64,000 bases of DNA, taken from positions 124,001-188,000 of the forward strand of contig CBFFRQ010000031.1 in assembly GCA_965644315.1 (NCBI GenBank), in the 5' to 3' direction. This DNA comes from Caecitellus pseudoparvulus. Taxonomy: Eukaryota; Protista; Bigyra: Bicosoecida. Positions 1 through 9,808 of this stretch are shown in pieces. Both the position numbers and the translations under genes were made by a program. Numbering within the stretch: position 1 is the stretch's first letter; the number at the start of each line of letters is the position of its first letter. The notes under the pieces are model-generated. The model did no database searches, was not told the DNA's origin, and saw only the letters and a program-made list of their open reading frames with translations.

Positions 1-122
1 TAAGCGGCGAGGCGGCGTGAAAACCACAACCCCCCGCCGGAAGTGAGCCGGGGGGGGAGCAGGGCAGCAGATGCAGAGCATGCAGCTGGCCCGGAGTGTA
101 TTGAATGCAGTGGTTCTGCGCC

Positions 123-1028
123 CTACCTCGCCTCCCACGGCTGCCCGAAGGTGTCAGCCCGCACCATGTCTGGCAGTGCGAAGCGTGGACTGCGCCGGGC
201 CTGGGAGGGGTCCTCCGCGTGTGCCTGCCCCATGGAGATGATGAGGGGCACGTCGTACCTGCTGGGGATGTCCAGCGCCCGGGCGATGCGGTCTCCGTCG
301 AAGCCCTCCATGGGACAGGTCGCCAGTCCGTGGGCCGTCGCCGCGAGCAGCATGGTGCTGGCTGCCATGGCCGTTTGCTTGTACGCCCACGCCGTGGGAG
401 ATTGGGGTGTCGGCATGGGGGTCAGCGCGGATGCAGCCCGGATGAGGGTGGAGCGCACCAGGCTCGCGATGCGCGGCAGGGGGCCCGAAGCGAAGGCTGC
501 CGCATTCATTGGCAGGGAAGCAAGGTACCCTTCGTGCGCCCCGCTGGACCGCTCCATCTGCACCACCGCGTCCACTCGGCGCAGGGACTCCAAATCAGCT
601 GCGAATACAGCTGTCACGGCTGCGTCCTGCACACGCCAGGCGTTCGGGCCCAGGCACGCGTCCGCCACGGCAGCCTTGGCCTCCTCTGACTGCACCATGA
701 CGATGGTATACGGCTGGAGGTTGAAGCCGGAAGGCGAACGCTGGGAAAGGGGTTGGGGGGCGAGGCAGTGGTGAGGGGCTTGCCTGCAGAAGCTGGAGTG
801 CATCTCCGTACGCACCAGCGTTTGGGTCAGGATGTCCTCCAACACGTCAGGGGGTATCACGCTGTCTCGCTGGAAGCGCTTGCAGGACCGGCGCGTGTTG
901 ACCACCTCCCGCATGACGTCAGCCGCTGAGGTGGATGCAGCACGATACCAAGCCCTGACCAGCGGTAGCCTGACGGTCTGCACCGCAAGACTCTGCGTCC
1001 CTGCTGCACAACAGCGGCGCAGCGCCAT
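123..1028 (-). CDS. Nitroreductase-family flavoprotein, probably mitochondrion-targeted; one in-frame intron 815..741
   Basis: Motifs TRRSCKRF, (R)SPSGFNLQPY, TAMAASTMLLAATAHGLATCPMEGFD and IISMG match the nitroreductase fold. A 75-nt GTGCGT...CCCAG intron removes a non-homologous insert. The N-terminus is Arg/Ala-rich. Confidence 0.9.
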   Translation of the reverse strand: MALRRCCAAGTQSLAVQTVRLPLVRAWYRAASTSAADVMREVVNTRRSCKRFQRDSVIPPDVLEDILTQTLVRTEMHSSFCRQAPHHCLAPQPLSQRSPSGFNLQPYTIVMVQSEEAKAAVADACLGPNAWRVQDAAVTAVFAADLESLRRVDAVVQMERSSGAHEGYLASLPMNAAAFASGPLPRIASLVRSTLIRAASALTPMPTPQSPTAWAYKQTAMAASTMLLAATAHGLATCPMEGFDGDRIARALDIPSRYDVPLIISMGQAHAEDPSQARRSPRFALPDMVRADTFGQPWEAR

Positions 1029-1545
1029 GGTGCTGAACGCTGGCGAAACGCAAGCAAGGCTGAAAACTGAGACGCCGCCTGGCGCCGCCTGCCACGCAGT
1101 AGTGGTACAGACAGCAGGTGATTTACTTAAGAGTCGAAATGCTGCTGTGATGGTCGTGTGATTTTTTTAATTTGGTGCACCCATCGCACGAAAAAGCAAC
1201 TTTTAGTACTCTGTGACATAAAGGAGAGCACAGCAGTAAAGAAGGGTAGTTACGCTTTCTTGGATTATTGCTTCCTGAAAGATGAACATGAATGCACCGT
1301 TTTGCATGCATACACAGATGCCCTCCGCACCATGGATCAAATCATCAAGCTCCAGGACCTCTGAGAGCCGTTTGGCTTGCTAGTCAAGGCGCACATGGCA
1401 ACAGTGCGCGCTGTGCAAGGCTGTTGCCGGGAAGGCGGCGCACAGGATTCCAACGAAGCAAGCCGGCGATCCAGCGGTGCTTCGGGCTGCACCGCCTGAG
1501 GCGCTTACCGCAGCCTTCCGTTTAGGGGTAGTGAGGAAAGGGTGA

Positions 1546-4500
1546 ATGAAGCCTTTCGGCATCAGTTTGTGGGCCTGCCTCTTGGCTGGGCTGGCGGCAG
1601 GCACGGGGGCATGGGCAGTCGCTGCGCGACAGTGGAGTTCAGCACCTTCCCTTGCACCCTCATTCGCGGCCAAGGTCAGGGCCAAGTCTGCAGCCACTGC
1701 ACACACGACAACACCTGCGTCTTGGCCATTTCCCTCGCCACACCCGGATCCCATGGACTCCTTCATGCCGCTGCATGGCCAGATCCGTGACGCGGTGCAG
1801 GCTGGCGCAGTGGGCGAGCTGGGGGCTTTCTTCGTGGACAACACCTTCCTCGCACGCAACGTCGTGCAAGACATGCTGGGCACACAGGACAACTACGGCG
1901 CGTCGGTGACGTGGCAAGCCCTGCAAGGCTTCGCGGGCGCCTCCTCCTTGGCTGGCCACATCGCGGCAAGAGTGGCGGCAGGGGCGCCGCTGGCAGAGGG
2001 CGACGTCACTCCCACCGGCGAATGGGGGGAGGGACATGGCATGCCAGAGGCATGGGCATTCATATTGAACACGACAGGGGCCCACCCCTCGGCCACACGG
2101 CTGGCGAGCTCGCAAAGTGTGGCTGCGCTGTGTGGCGGGCAGCGGCGCTGGGCTGGGCTGTGTGCTGGCTTGCCTGCACTGCTGCCCGCTGCCAGCGAGG
2201 CGCAGGCCCTGACCACGGCACACGGCACCCCTCTAGGCGTGGCGCTGCTCCTGCTGGCCATCAGCCGCCTGGGGACGGCGGCGACCCCCCCCCACCTCGG
2301 CCTGGCGTCCGTGCAGGCGTTTGCCCGCGTGCATGGGCCACCCGCCTGTGCGCTGGCCACCCTCGCCTCCATGCCGGCTCCCGAGCTGCTGTGGCGGGCT
2401 GCACTGTCCCCCTCTGCGAATGCCAGCGAGGATGGAGTGGCATTTGTCTCTGACCCCAGGCGGCAGGAGCGTGGGGACACCACCCCCGGCGGACTGGCGT
2501 GGGAGGAGCAGGAGTTGCGCAGTGCTTGGTCCACGTGCCTGCGAGCTGCCACAGTGCGTGTGCTGCCACGCAGGGCTGGCCATGCCCCCCATGTCCTGAC
2601 TCCCTTGCCCCTATGGGGCGCCGCCTTGCAGGCTTTGCTGCAGGGTGTGGCAGTGGCCCAGGCGCCGCAACAGGGTGCCTCGGCAGGGAACACCCTGCGC
2701 GTGGGCCCCATCACAGCGCTGCTGCGAACAGGCGCCTGGCACGGCATGCAGGGCCTCCTGGTTCAAGGCTCCCTGCGCGCGGCGCTGTGCCCGCACGATG
2801 CCGGCGCCGGGAACGGCACCTGGCTGCACTTGCAGTGTGGCTCCCCCATGCCCTCCACTGTAGCAGCCTCTGCCTTGCGGCAAGCTTTGCTGCTGGCCCA
2901 GGAGTCGGGTCTGGCTCGCATGACGCAGACTGCCACAGGAGCGCTGCCGGCCTCAGCGGCGCGTCTGGTGGACATCATGCGGCACTCAACCGTGCTGGGC
3001 TTCGCGGGGCTCCCGGTGCCTGCAACTGCCGCCGCCCAGGCAAGCCGATCCAAGGCAGGGCTTGCCTGGGGCACGGGCAGGTCCCCCACAACAGTGCACG
3101 GCGTGGCAACTTCTCTGGGGTGGGCCAAGTGGTTCCTCGACGCAGCGGCGCCCTCAGCTCGGGCAGCGCGGTCGGGTGTCAGTGAGGCTGGTGTGTCTTC
3201 GGTGCTAGGGCGCCTGTCAGCGGCGGTGCAGGCTGCTGGCCTGCGACCGCATGCCGTGGTGGAAGTGGAAGGCATCGTGCAGGATGTGGCGGCAGTCCTC
3301 CGACAGCGCAAGGCGTTTCACTGGGCCGGGCTGGACGCCATCCCACTGCCGCCCGCGCTGTCACCCCTGCTGCTGGAGCGGCCGCTGACCGAGAAACACA
3401 CAGCGCTGCTGGCCACCATCCAGAACGCGGTGGTGGCCGTGCTCACGTTGCACGTGTCCGGCAGTGAGCGCAGCGCCGCCTTCCCTGGGTGGACTGGCAT
3501 GGCCCACAGTGCCGGGCAGGGGGACCCCACGTGGCACGCCTGTGTCGGCGCCGCACACTTTGGCGCGCCAGCCGACATTGGGGCAGGTGTGCCGCTGGTG
3601 TCGGCGGCTGCCCCTGATCGCCAGTCCCCCGCTGCCCAGCTCGTGCAGCACCTGCAGTCAGCTCTTGACAGCACTCTGTGGGTGGCGCTGACTGACGTGG
3701 CCTTTCGATGGCGAGCATCTCCCCTGGCCCAGCCGTCCAGCCACGCCCTGTGCCTGGCTGGTGTGACGGTGCAGCCCTGCACCAACGCCAGTCTCCTCTT
3801 GCAGCCCCCGCAGTGGGTGGCTCACCCCGCGGCATTCTACGCTGATGCCGTTGCCGCCGGGTACGCCAGCCCGTTGCTGGAGGATGTCCAAGCGGTGGGC
3901 CGGCTGCTGGCCCGCTTGCACAGAGAAGGCCTGAGCGCCTGTGTCCTGGCTGAGGTGGACGCAAGCTGGAGGCGTAGTGGCGATGCGACGGCAGCTTCCC
4001 ATGACGCGTGGCAGGCTGCCGCGTCGAAGCGACGTGAGGCGCTCAGAGACGCCATTCTGGGGTCCTGCCCAGGGGCGGCCCAGCTGCAGTTCAACGTCAA
4101 GGCGGTGTGCGCCTTCCTCCCCTCGACACTGACCAAGCTGTTCTTCATGCCGCCGGCACGCCTGCCTCCAACTGGCAGTGCCACCGGAGCCTGCGACACC
4201 AAGCCTTCTCTGGACGGAGACCTTTCCTTACTCCAGCTCGTGCCTGTGACGGGTGAGCACTGGAGCAGTGCACTGGCTCTAAGTGCTGCACCTCGCAAAG
4301 CCTGTGCTGGCCGGGCGCTGGCAGCAGGGGACGTGGGGCTGTGGGGCGCCTTGACCAGGTGGTCGGACCGACTTGGCAAGGGAGGGCAAGCAGCTGCCTC
4401 CGCCTGCTCCTTCCTGCACAGTGCCACTTGCTCCCCAGGGGCGGGCTGCGGTGTCGGCTTTGCACACCTGGTGCGGCTGCTGCGGGGCCACCGGCGCCGG

Positions 4501-6933
4501 CTGTGGCTGCTGCAGCAGCGGGTTGAGCTGCAGAGCGTGCAGGCGATCGTGGATGAGCACAGTTTTGGCTCGGGCGACCTGGAGAGCATGCAGGCAGCCG
4601 CGACACACCTTCTGCTGGCCCTGACGCCCCCTGCCATGTACGACGAGGGCACCAGCATTGCAAGCTCCCTGCTGGCCCCCGACGCCGTGGTGCTGGGCGA
4701 GGTGCTGCCCGTGTCGCTGTCCCAGCACTGGGGCGTGTACACGTCCAGGCTTGGCTGTGCCGCGGCGGCGCCCCAGGTGAAGCAAGACGCACACCACGTC
4801 ATGTTCCGGCACTTGCGCGACCAGTTTGTGCGAGCACAAGGCAAGTTGCCCCACGGCGACCCTGGGCGCCGTGTGCCACTGCCCACAGAGGCCCTGCAAG
4901 GCCTGGCCCGTGCCGCAACAGACGTACTGCCGCGGGCAGATGCCGAGCGACTCGTGAGGCACTGGCTCACCCGGCGCAATTCCCGGCTTCTGCGCGACGT
5001 GGAACCGCTGCTGCTGCCCCCACGCGTGACTGCCCGAAAGGCTTTCCCCACTGCCATTGGCGTCATTCAGCACAGCCGGGTGTGGTATGCAGACGAGCCC
5101 CCTGCAGCTCGTGTTTTGCATGGGGATTTACCCGGGGCACTGGTGGCCCACAATGACTCCTGGCTGCACCCACAGCCAGCTCCTTCACCGAGAAGCGTCG
5201 GGTTCCTGCACCTCGTCTTGCACAAACTGGCCCTATTGAACTTGCCCCTGGCCGGCATTCCCAGCCACACACTGCTCACAGATGCTGCGGCGGCGATCGG
5301 GCCCGTTGCAGTGTCTGTGCCCACCGCTTGGCGCCGGAACACTTCAGAGGCGGAGGAGCTGACTGTGGACCATGTCCTGCTGGCAGCTGCAGTGGTGGGT
5401 GCCATTCCCGGCCCCACCGTGTTGAGCAATGCTGGTGATCGGCGGTCACTTCCGACTGCTCCCACCATGCGCTTGGCACAGTTCCTGCGCCTCACTGCAC
5501 AGCGCAGGCCGCAGGAGCCAGTGGCGGTACCTCTGTCGTTCGCGTACATGTCTGCTTCAACTCCAAGCGCAACGCTGGCTGGCGTGTACGGCCTGCTGCA
5601 AGGTCAAGCTGTGAGTGGTCTGAACGCGTCGTTGCAGTCCACTGCTCCGCAGCACGACCTGCTGGCACCCGCTCAGCTTTGCGTGGGAGATGCCTCGCCT
5701 TGGTGTGCGGCGCGCAATGCGCTGTTTGAGGCCACTCGGTCAACGGGCGCGGCCGTGTTTGGCTGTAGTGGGGCCAGCATCGCCGGGGCTGCCAGTGTTG
5801 ACGACTTGCTGCGCTCGGTGCAGCTGTGCTACCACGACTGGACTGGGCCGGCGACCCCCCCAGCTGCAGAGCGGCCCCTGCATTCTGTGCTCCATGCTTC
5901 GGACAACGGGACCTTCACCGCATACCTCTCCGAAGCCAACGTGGGGCTGCATGGAGTGGCGTTCCCGCCTCCCTCCCGCACCACCGCGCCCAGCGCCGTC
6001 GTGCACGCTGTGCAAGGCATGCTGTCTCCCAGAGGCGACGGCGGCGTGCCTGAGCCACTGCGGTTCTTCTCCTCACTTGCAGCGCACGAGGCTGCATGTG
6101 CAGGGGCGCTTGCAGCGTTTGAGAGTGAGGGGGCGCCCTTGCGAGGCGTGGTGGAGGCGTGTTCCGGCACACCCCAACCCACGGCAGTCGCGCCGGATCC
6201 GCCTCGTCCGGAGTCAATCCTGTGGCCGGTGAGCGTGCAAGACATGCAGCAGTACGCGAGTGTTCGCGCGGACATTGCATGCCGGGAAGCAGCGGCAGTG
6301 CAGAGGTCTGCCGACGCAGATGCGCTGCGTGCCAAGCACGGTGGGCCGAGGGCCATGCCAGTTGACGACACGGCGTTTCTGGACGCTGCGCGCGAGGCCT
6401 GCGCACGTGCCCGTGCGGCAGCGACGGCCCTGCTCACTGCAGATGGTCACCACTCGAATGTGACCACCGCCACCGCTGCAGCGTTCCCTGCGTTGGGCGG
6501 ACTGCCCTTGCACACTCCGGCATGGAGCAGCGGCGCAGTGGTGCAAGCCTTGCATGGGCGGCACTTGGTGCTGAGCACGCCGCCAGTGTGCGCCGCCGCT
6601 TCTGCCGAGACCTCTGCCATGCTGGTGCTGCGGCTGGCGACGTGCGTCGGGCACAACTCCTCCCGCTTGCTGCAGGCCATGGACCTGCTGCACGCGGCGC
6701 CGCCTGCCGATGCTCCGAGAGCGCTGCGGCGGGCACGGAGCACGCTGCGGCGCCTGCACGCGTACGTCGGGCCGCTCATGTGCGACGCGCTGCTGCACAG
6801 CCTGGTGCAAGCCTGCCCACGGCTCATGGTGGGGCAATTGGCGCCTGGGGAGTTCGTGCGCCTGCCGCCTCAGTGGGGCCTCGCCACGGTGTCGGCGGGG
6901 CCGGGGGTGTTGCTGCTGAACGGGGGGGGGTAG
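1546..6933 (+). CDS. Large (1795 aa) secreted protein with a degenerate C-terminal JmjC/cupin-like domain
   Basis: Uninterrupted 5.4-kb ORF with signal peptide MKPFGISLWACLLAGLAAG. The C-terminal segments GLPLH..SGAVVQALHGRHLVLSTPP and LMVGQLAPGEFVRLPPQWGLATVS resemble JmjC strands. Confidence 0.6.
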   Translation: MKPFGISLWACLLAGLAAGTGAWAVAARQWSSAPSLAPSFAAKVRAKSAATAHTTTPASWPFPSPHPDPMDSFMPLHGQIRDAVQAGAVGELGAFFVDNTFLARNVVQDMLGTQDNYGASVTWQALQGFAGASSLAGHIAARVAAGAPLAEGDVTPTGEWGEGHGMPEAWAFILNTTGAHPSATRLASSQSVAALCGGQRRWAGLCAGLPALLPAASEAQALTTAHGTPLGVALLLLAISRLGTAATPPHLGLASVQAFARVHGPPACALATLASMPAPELLWRAALSPSANASEDGVAFVSDPRRQERGDTTPGGLAWEEQELRSAWSTCLRAATVRVLPRRAGHAPHVLTPLPLWGAALQALLQGVAVAQAPQQGASAGNTLRVGPITALLRTGAWHGMQGLLVQGSLRAALCPHDAGAGNGTWLHLQCGSPMPSTVAASALRQALLLAQESGLARMTQTATGALPASAARLVDIMRHSTVLGFAGLPVPATAAAQASRSKAGLAWGTGRSPTTVHGVATSLGWAKWFLDAAAPSARAARSGVSEAGVSSVLGRLSAAVQAAGLRPHAVVEVEGIVQDVAAVLRQRKAFHWAGLDAIPLPPALSPLLLERPLTEKHTALLATIQNAVVAVLTLHVSGSERSAAFPGWTGMAHSAGQGDPTWHACVGAAHFGAPADIGAGVPLVSAAAPDRQSPAAQLVQHLQSALDSTLWVALTDVAFRWRASPLAQPSSHALCLAGVTVQPCTNASLLLQPPQWVAHPAAFYADAVAAGYASPLLEDVQAVGRLLARLHREGLSACVLAEVDASWRRSGDATAASHDAWQAAASKRREALRDAILGSCPGAAQLQFNVKAVCAFLPSTLTKLFFMPPARLPPTGSATGACDTKPSLDGDLSLLQLVPVTGEHWSSALALSAAPRKACAGRALAAGDVGLWGALTRWSDRLGKGGQAAASACSFLHSATCSPGAGCGVGFAHLVRLLRGHRRRLWLLQQRVELQSVQAIVDEHSFGSGDLESMQAAATHLLLALTPPAMYDEGTSIASSLLAPDAVVLGEVLPVSLSQHWGVYTSRLGCAAAAPQVKQDAHHVMFRHLRDQFVRAQGKLPHGDPGRRVPLPTEALQGLARAATDVLPRADAERLVRHWLTRRNSRLLRDVEPLLLPPRVTARKAFPTAIGVIQHSRVWYADEPPAARVLHGDLPGALVAHNDSWLHPQPAPSPRSVGFLHLVLHKLALLNLPLAGIPSHTLLTDAAAAIGPVAVSVPTAWRRNTSEAEELTVDHVLLAAAVVGAIPGPTVLSNAGDRRSLPTAPTMRLAQFLRLTAQRRPQEPVAVPLSFAYMSASTPSATLAGVYGLLQGQAVSGLNASLQSTAPQHDLLAPAQLCVGDASPWCAARNALFEATRSTGAAVFGCSGASIAGAASVDDLLRSVQLCYHDWTGPATPPAAERPLHSVLHASDNGTFTAYLSEANVGLHGVAFPPPSRTTAPSAVVHAVQGMLSPRGDGGVPEPLRFFSSLAAHEAACAGALAAFESEGAPLRGVVEACSGTPQPTAVAPDPPRPESILWPVSVQDMQQYASVRADIACREAAAVQRSADADALRAKHGGPRAMPVDDTAFLDAAREACARARAAATALLTADGHHSNVTTATAAAFPALGGLPLHTPAWSSGAVVQALHGRHLVLSTPPVCAAASAETSAMLVLRLATCVGHNSSRLLQAMDLLHAAPPADAPRALRRARSTLRRLHAYVGPLMCDALLHSLVQACPRLMVGQLAPGEFVRLPPQWGLATVSAGPGVLLLNGGG

Positions 6934-7115
6934 CACGCGAGTAGTTTGGCTACGTTGCTCGCGTACATTCTTCATGCTCGCTTTCGGCTTCTCGCTGTGT
7001 GCCCGCTGTTTGCCTGCTGTGGTGCAGGCAGCGGAGCTTTGCTGAATGCACTGGCTGTCAGGCCAGCGGGCGCTGATTGCGGCACAGCCTTTTGGCGTGT
7101 GTTTACCAGGCAGTC

Positions 7116-9785
7116 ATGGTGCGCCGGGCAGCGGTTGCGGCGTGCGTGCTGGCTGCTGCGATTGGCGCGGCAGCCGAGGCGCAGGGGCCTTGCCTCGTTG
7201 AGGTGTTGGCGCAGGAGTGCGGGGACGTCCTTGACCGCTGCGCAGGCGTGGTGCGCAGGGTGAATGGCGGCGCTCTGTTGCCGTGCTCCACCACCATTTA
7301 CGACGCCACGGAAGCTGCCAGGGTGCTGCTGCACGAAGAGGCGCAGGGGTCCCTGCTGAAGCCTCACGGGGTGAAGCTGGGCGCCTGTGCTACGCGAGCA
7401 GATGCACGGGGCAAGCTCCCGAATTCCGCAGTGGGCACCCGGCTCAACTGCAGCCCACTGCTCAGCATTGACATGGGCCTGATCCAGACGGCAGGGGACA
7501 TCGCCAGTGCGCCGTCGGGGGACGACGGGCTCATGGGCCACTTGATGTCGGCTGTGAACCTCGTCCTGGATGGGCTGGTGGAGCGCTCCGCTTTGAAGGT
7601 TGCGACCCTCGGCAGTACCCTGCAAGCCCTGCAGCAGCACGTGCACAGCAAGCGGCCGCTGGTGTTCCAGTACACCCTGGCCCCTGACTTGTCCAGGCGC
7701 CACCATGAGCCCTCCAAGTTTGCCCTGCCCCTCCTCAACGACACTGCCCACGGCGGGGAAGGTGCCTGGCTGGCAGCGCATGAGGGCACGTACTTGCAGA
7801 GCATCGTGGCAGCGGGCGGCGCCAAGACCGGCCCAGTGCACGCAGGCACATGGGCCGACTTGCCCTCCCGCCCATCTCACGCCATGCCGTACTCTGGCAT
7901 CCGCCTGGGCCTGCCCATGGGGGAGGCGGGCGGCCCCGTCGTACGAGGCGGCCTGGCGCCCATCACCCCCGTCACCGCCCGGCACTTGGAGGAGTTCGTG
8001 ACGGGGAGCTTGGGGGCAGGCATCGCGCTGTCCCACACTGTGCGCGTCCTGCTCCCAGACCTCACCAACCTGCCCACCACCCCCGGCCAATTCTCCGTGT
8101 TTGAGAGCGTCCTGTGCACCGCCCCCTCCCAGACCGAGCCTTGTGCTGTGGACTCCCACATGGTGCGGGCTGGGCTAGACCTGCAGCGTGCCGCGGCCGC
8201 CGACGCCCCCGTCGGATCTCGCGACGTCCTCATGGGCGCTGGCTTCCGCTTCGACACGTGCAATGCCGTGGCTGCCATGCCCCTGCAGGTGCCGTGGATG
8301 ACCATGGCGCCAGGCACGGTGGCCACCATCTCTGTGGCCTTCCACACCGACGCCACCGTGGACGTGCAGGTGAATGGCATGTCTGCGGCCGTGTACGTGC
8401 CCCACACAAAGGCCTGGGCGCGGTCCCCCGCCATGGCGACGCCGCCGGGGTACAGCCAGCCCTTCTGCCACCTCAGCGTGTACCAGCGCGCCCTGTACCT
8501 GGGCTCTCCCGACAGCGCCCCTGTCTGCGACTTGGACCACATCCAGAGCCACGTCAAGGGCTGGGCGCGTGCCACCCACTGGGGGTACTACAGCTTCATG
8601 AACATGCCGCCCAGCTACACCCAGCACGCCAGCACGCCCGAGTTGGCCCTGCGGCAGTTCAAGCCCGCAGATCGCCTGCAAGCCCTGCGCACGACGACGT
8701 CCAGCCTGGCAACGTGGTATGGCCGCATCCAGACGCCTGTGCCGGCAGACATGGTGCTACGGGCGCCGGAAGGGCACGGCTTCGGCGCCGTCACCATCGG
8801 CCGCGTCGCAGTCATGTCTGTGCACTACATGGACCACACCAGCGGCGCCTTTGCCAGCCTGGCGACGTTCTGGGAAGACATCCAGGGAGGAGACATCCCT
8901 GGGCGCAGCGACATGTTCCCGTATGCGGGTGGGGCTGTCGTGTTGAACCCTGAGGACGGGTACATCCTCACCACCCGCACTGCAGCGCTGGGTGGGCAGG
9001 ACGTGCAGGGTGCGGAGCCGCCCGCCTGCCGCCAGTTCCTCATCAAGTGTTCCTCCGCGCCCGCCGCCATCCCCAACGACGCGCCACAGCCGTGTTTCGT
9101 GGCGCGGCTGGTGAAGCTGTCCAGTCCCGAGCTGGACCTCGCACTGCTCAAGGTGGAGCGCGGGCTGGGCATGGGCACCGCGCGCAGCCCGGGCACGATC
9201 AACCCTGCCACCATCACGCCCTCCACCTATGGCGCGCGTGGAGTGAAATTCCTGACGGACGGCATGCGCAAGTGCCTGCGCCGCACCATGCACAAGGCGG
9301 TGGATGCGCCGGCGGCTGTGATGGGCTTCAACGGAGCGACGCCAGACGCTCGCTTCGCTTCAGGCATTGTGGTTGCAAAGAGGGTGCTGGGAAAAGCCCA
9401 GGAAGCAGAGACACTGCCTGTGCAAGGCAGCGCGCCACCCGTCCTGGCGGGCAGTCCTGTCTTCTTTGAACTGGAGGGGACCAGCCCTGCCGTGCACAAG
9501 TGCGCGCACTCCACTGACACACACCCTGACAGGGAGTCAGCCCTGCTGCTGGGCGTGGCATCTGCACCAGGCAACCTGCACGCAGCCTCTGCCAGCACCA
9601 TGGTGCCTGTGCAGGCTGTGCAGCGTTTTCTGGATGCCTGCAGCGCCGGTACCCACGTGCCTGCGGAGCTGGACCCCGAATCACGCAGCATGGGCTTGCC
9701 CGAGTGTGTGCGGCTGGAGGTGAACTCCCGCACAGGCATGGTCAAGCAGGCCCACGCGCGGGGGCTGCCAGCATATGCAGACTGA
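7116..9785 (+). CDS. Secreted protein with a C-terminal trypsin-like (HtrA-type) pseudo-protease domain
   Basis: ATG 7116 gives the signal peptide MVRRAAVAACVLAAAIGAAAEA. Protease-fold motifs are GGAVVLNPEDGYILTTR, ARLVKLSSPELDLALLKV, VMGF, LAGSPVF and LLGVAS. Confidence 0.65.
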   Translation: MVRRAAVAACVLAAAIGAAAEAQGPCLVEVLAQECGDVLDRCAGVVRRVNGGALLPCSTTIYDATEAARVLLHEEAQGSLLKPHGVKLGACATRADARGKLPNSAVGTRLNCSPLLSIDMGLIQTAGDIASAPSGDDGLMGHLMSAVNLVLDGLVERSALKVATLGSTLQALQQHVHSKRPLVFQYTLAPDLSRRHHEPSKFALPLLNDTAHGGEGAWLAAHEGTYLQSIVAAGGAKTGPVHAGTWADLPSRPSHAMPYSGIRLGLPMGEAGGPVVRGGLAPITPVTARHLEEFVTGSLGAGIALSHTVRVLLPDLTNLPTTPGQFSVFESVLCTAPSQTEPCAVDSHMVRAGLDLQRAAAADAPVGSRDVLMGAGFRFDTCNAVAAMPLQVPWMTMAPGTVATISVAFHTDATVDVQVNGMSAAVYVPHTKAWARSPAMATPPGYSQPFCHLSVYQRALYLGSPDSAPVCDLDHIQSHVKGWARATHWGYYSFMNMPPSYTQHASTPELALRQFKPADRLQALRTTTSSLATWYGRIQTPVPADMVLRAPEGHGFGAVTIGRVAVMSVHYMDHTSGAFASLATFWEDIQGGDIPGRSDMFPYAGGAVVLNPEDGYILTTRTAALGGQDVQGAEPPACRQFLIKCSSAPAAIPNDAPQPCFVARLVKLSSPELDLALLKVERGLGMGTARSPGTINPATITPSTYGARGVKFLTDGMRKCLRRTMHKAVDAPAAVMGFNGATPDARFASGIVVAKRVLGKAQEAETLPVQGSAPPVLAGSPVFFELEGTSPAVHKCAHSTDTHPDRESALLLGVASAPGNLHAASASTMVPVQAVQRFLDACSAGTHVPAELDPESRSMGLPECVRLEVNSRTGMVKQAHARGLPAYAD

Positions 9786-9787
9786 AA

Positions 9788-9795
9788 AATGCATT
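9788..9795. terminator. Palindromic AATGCATT, putative bidirectional 3'-end signal between the pseudo-protease gene and RAD50
   Basis: Lies in the 23-nt gap between the convergent stops at 9785 and 9809. Confidence 0.55.
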
Positions 9796-9808
9796 GACCA
9801 CCGGCTGG

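Noticed and set aside
741-815. Stop-free in-frame introns (also 54714..54643, 57391-57471 and 52797..52726) suggesting regulated intron retention
   Set aside because: About one third of introns are 3n by chance, and GC-rich introns seldom contain stops. No enrichment is demonstrable here.
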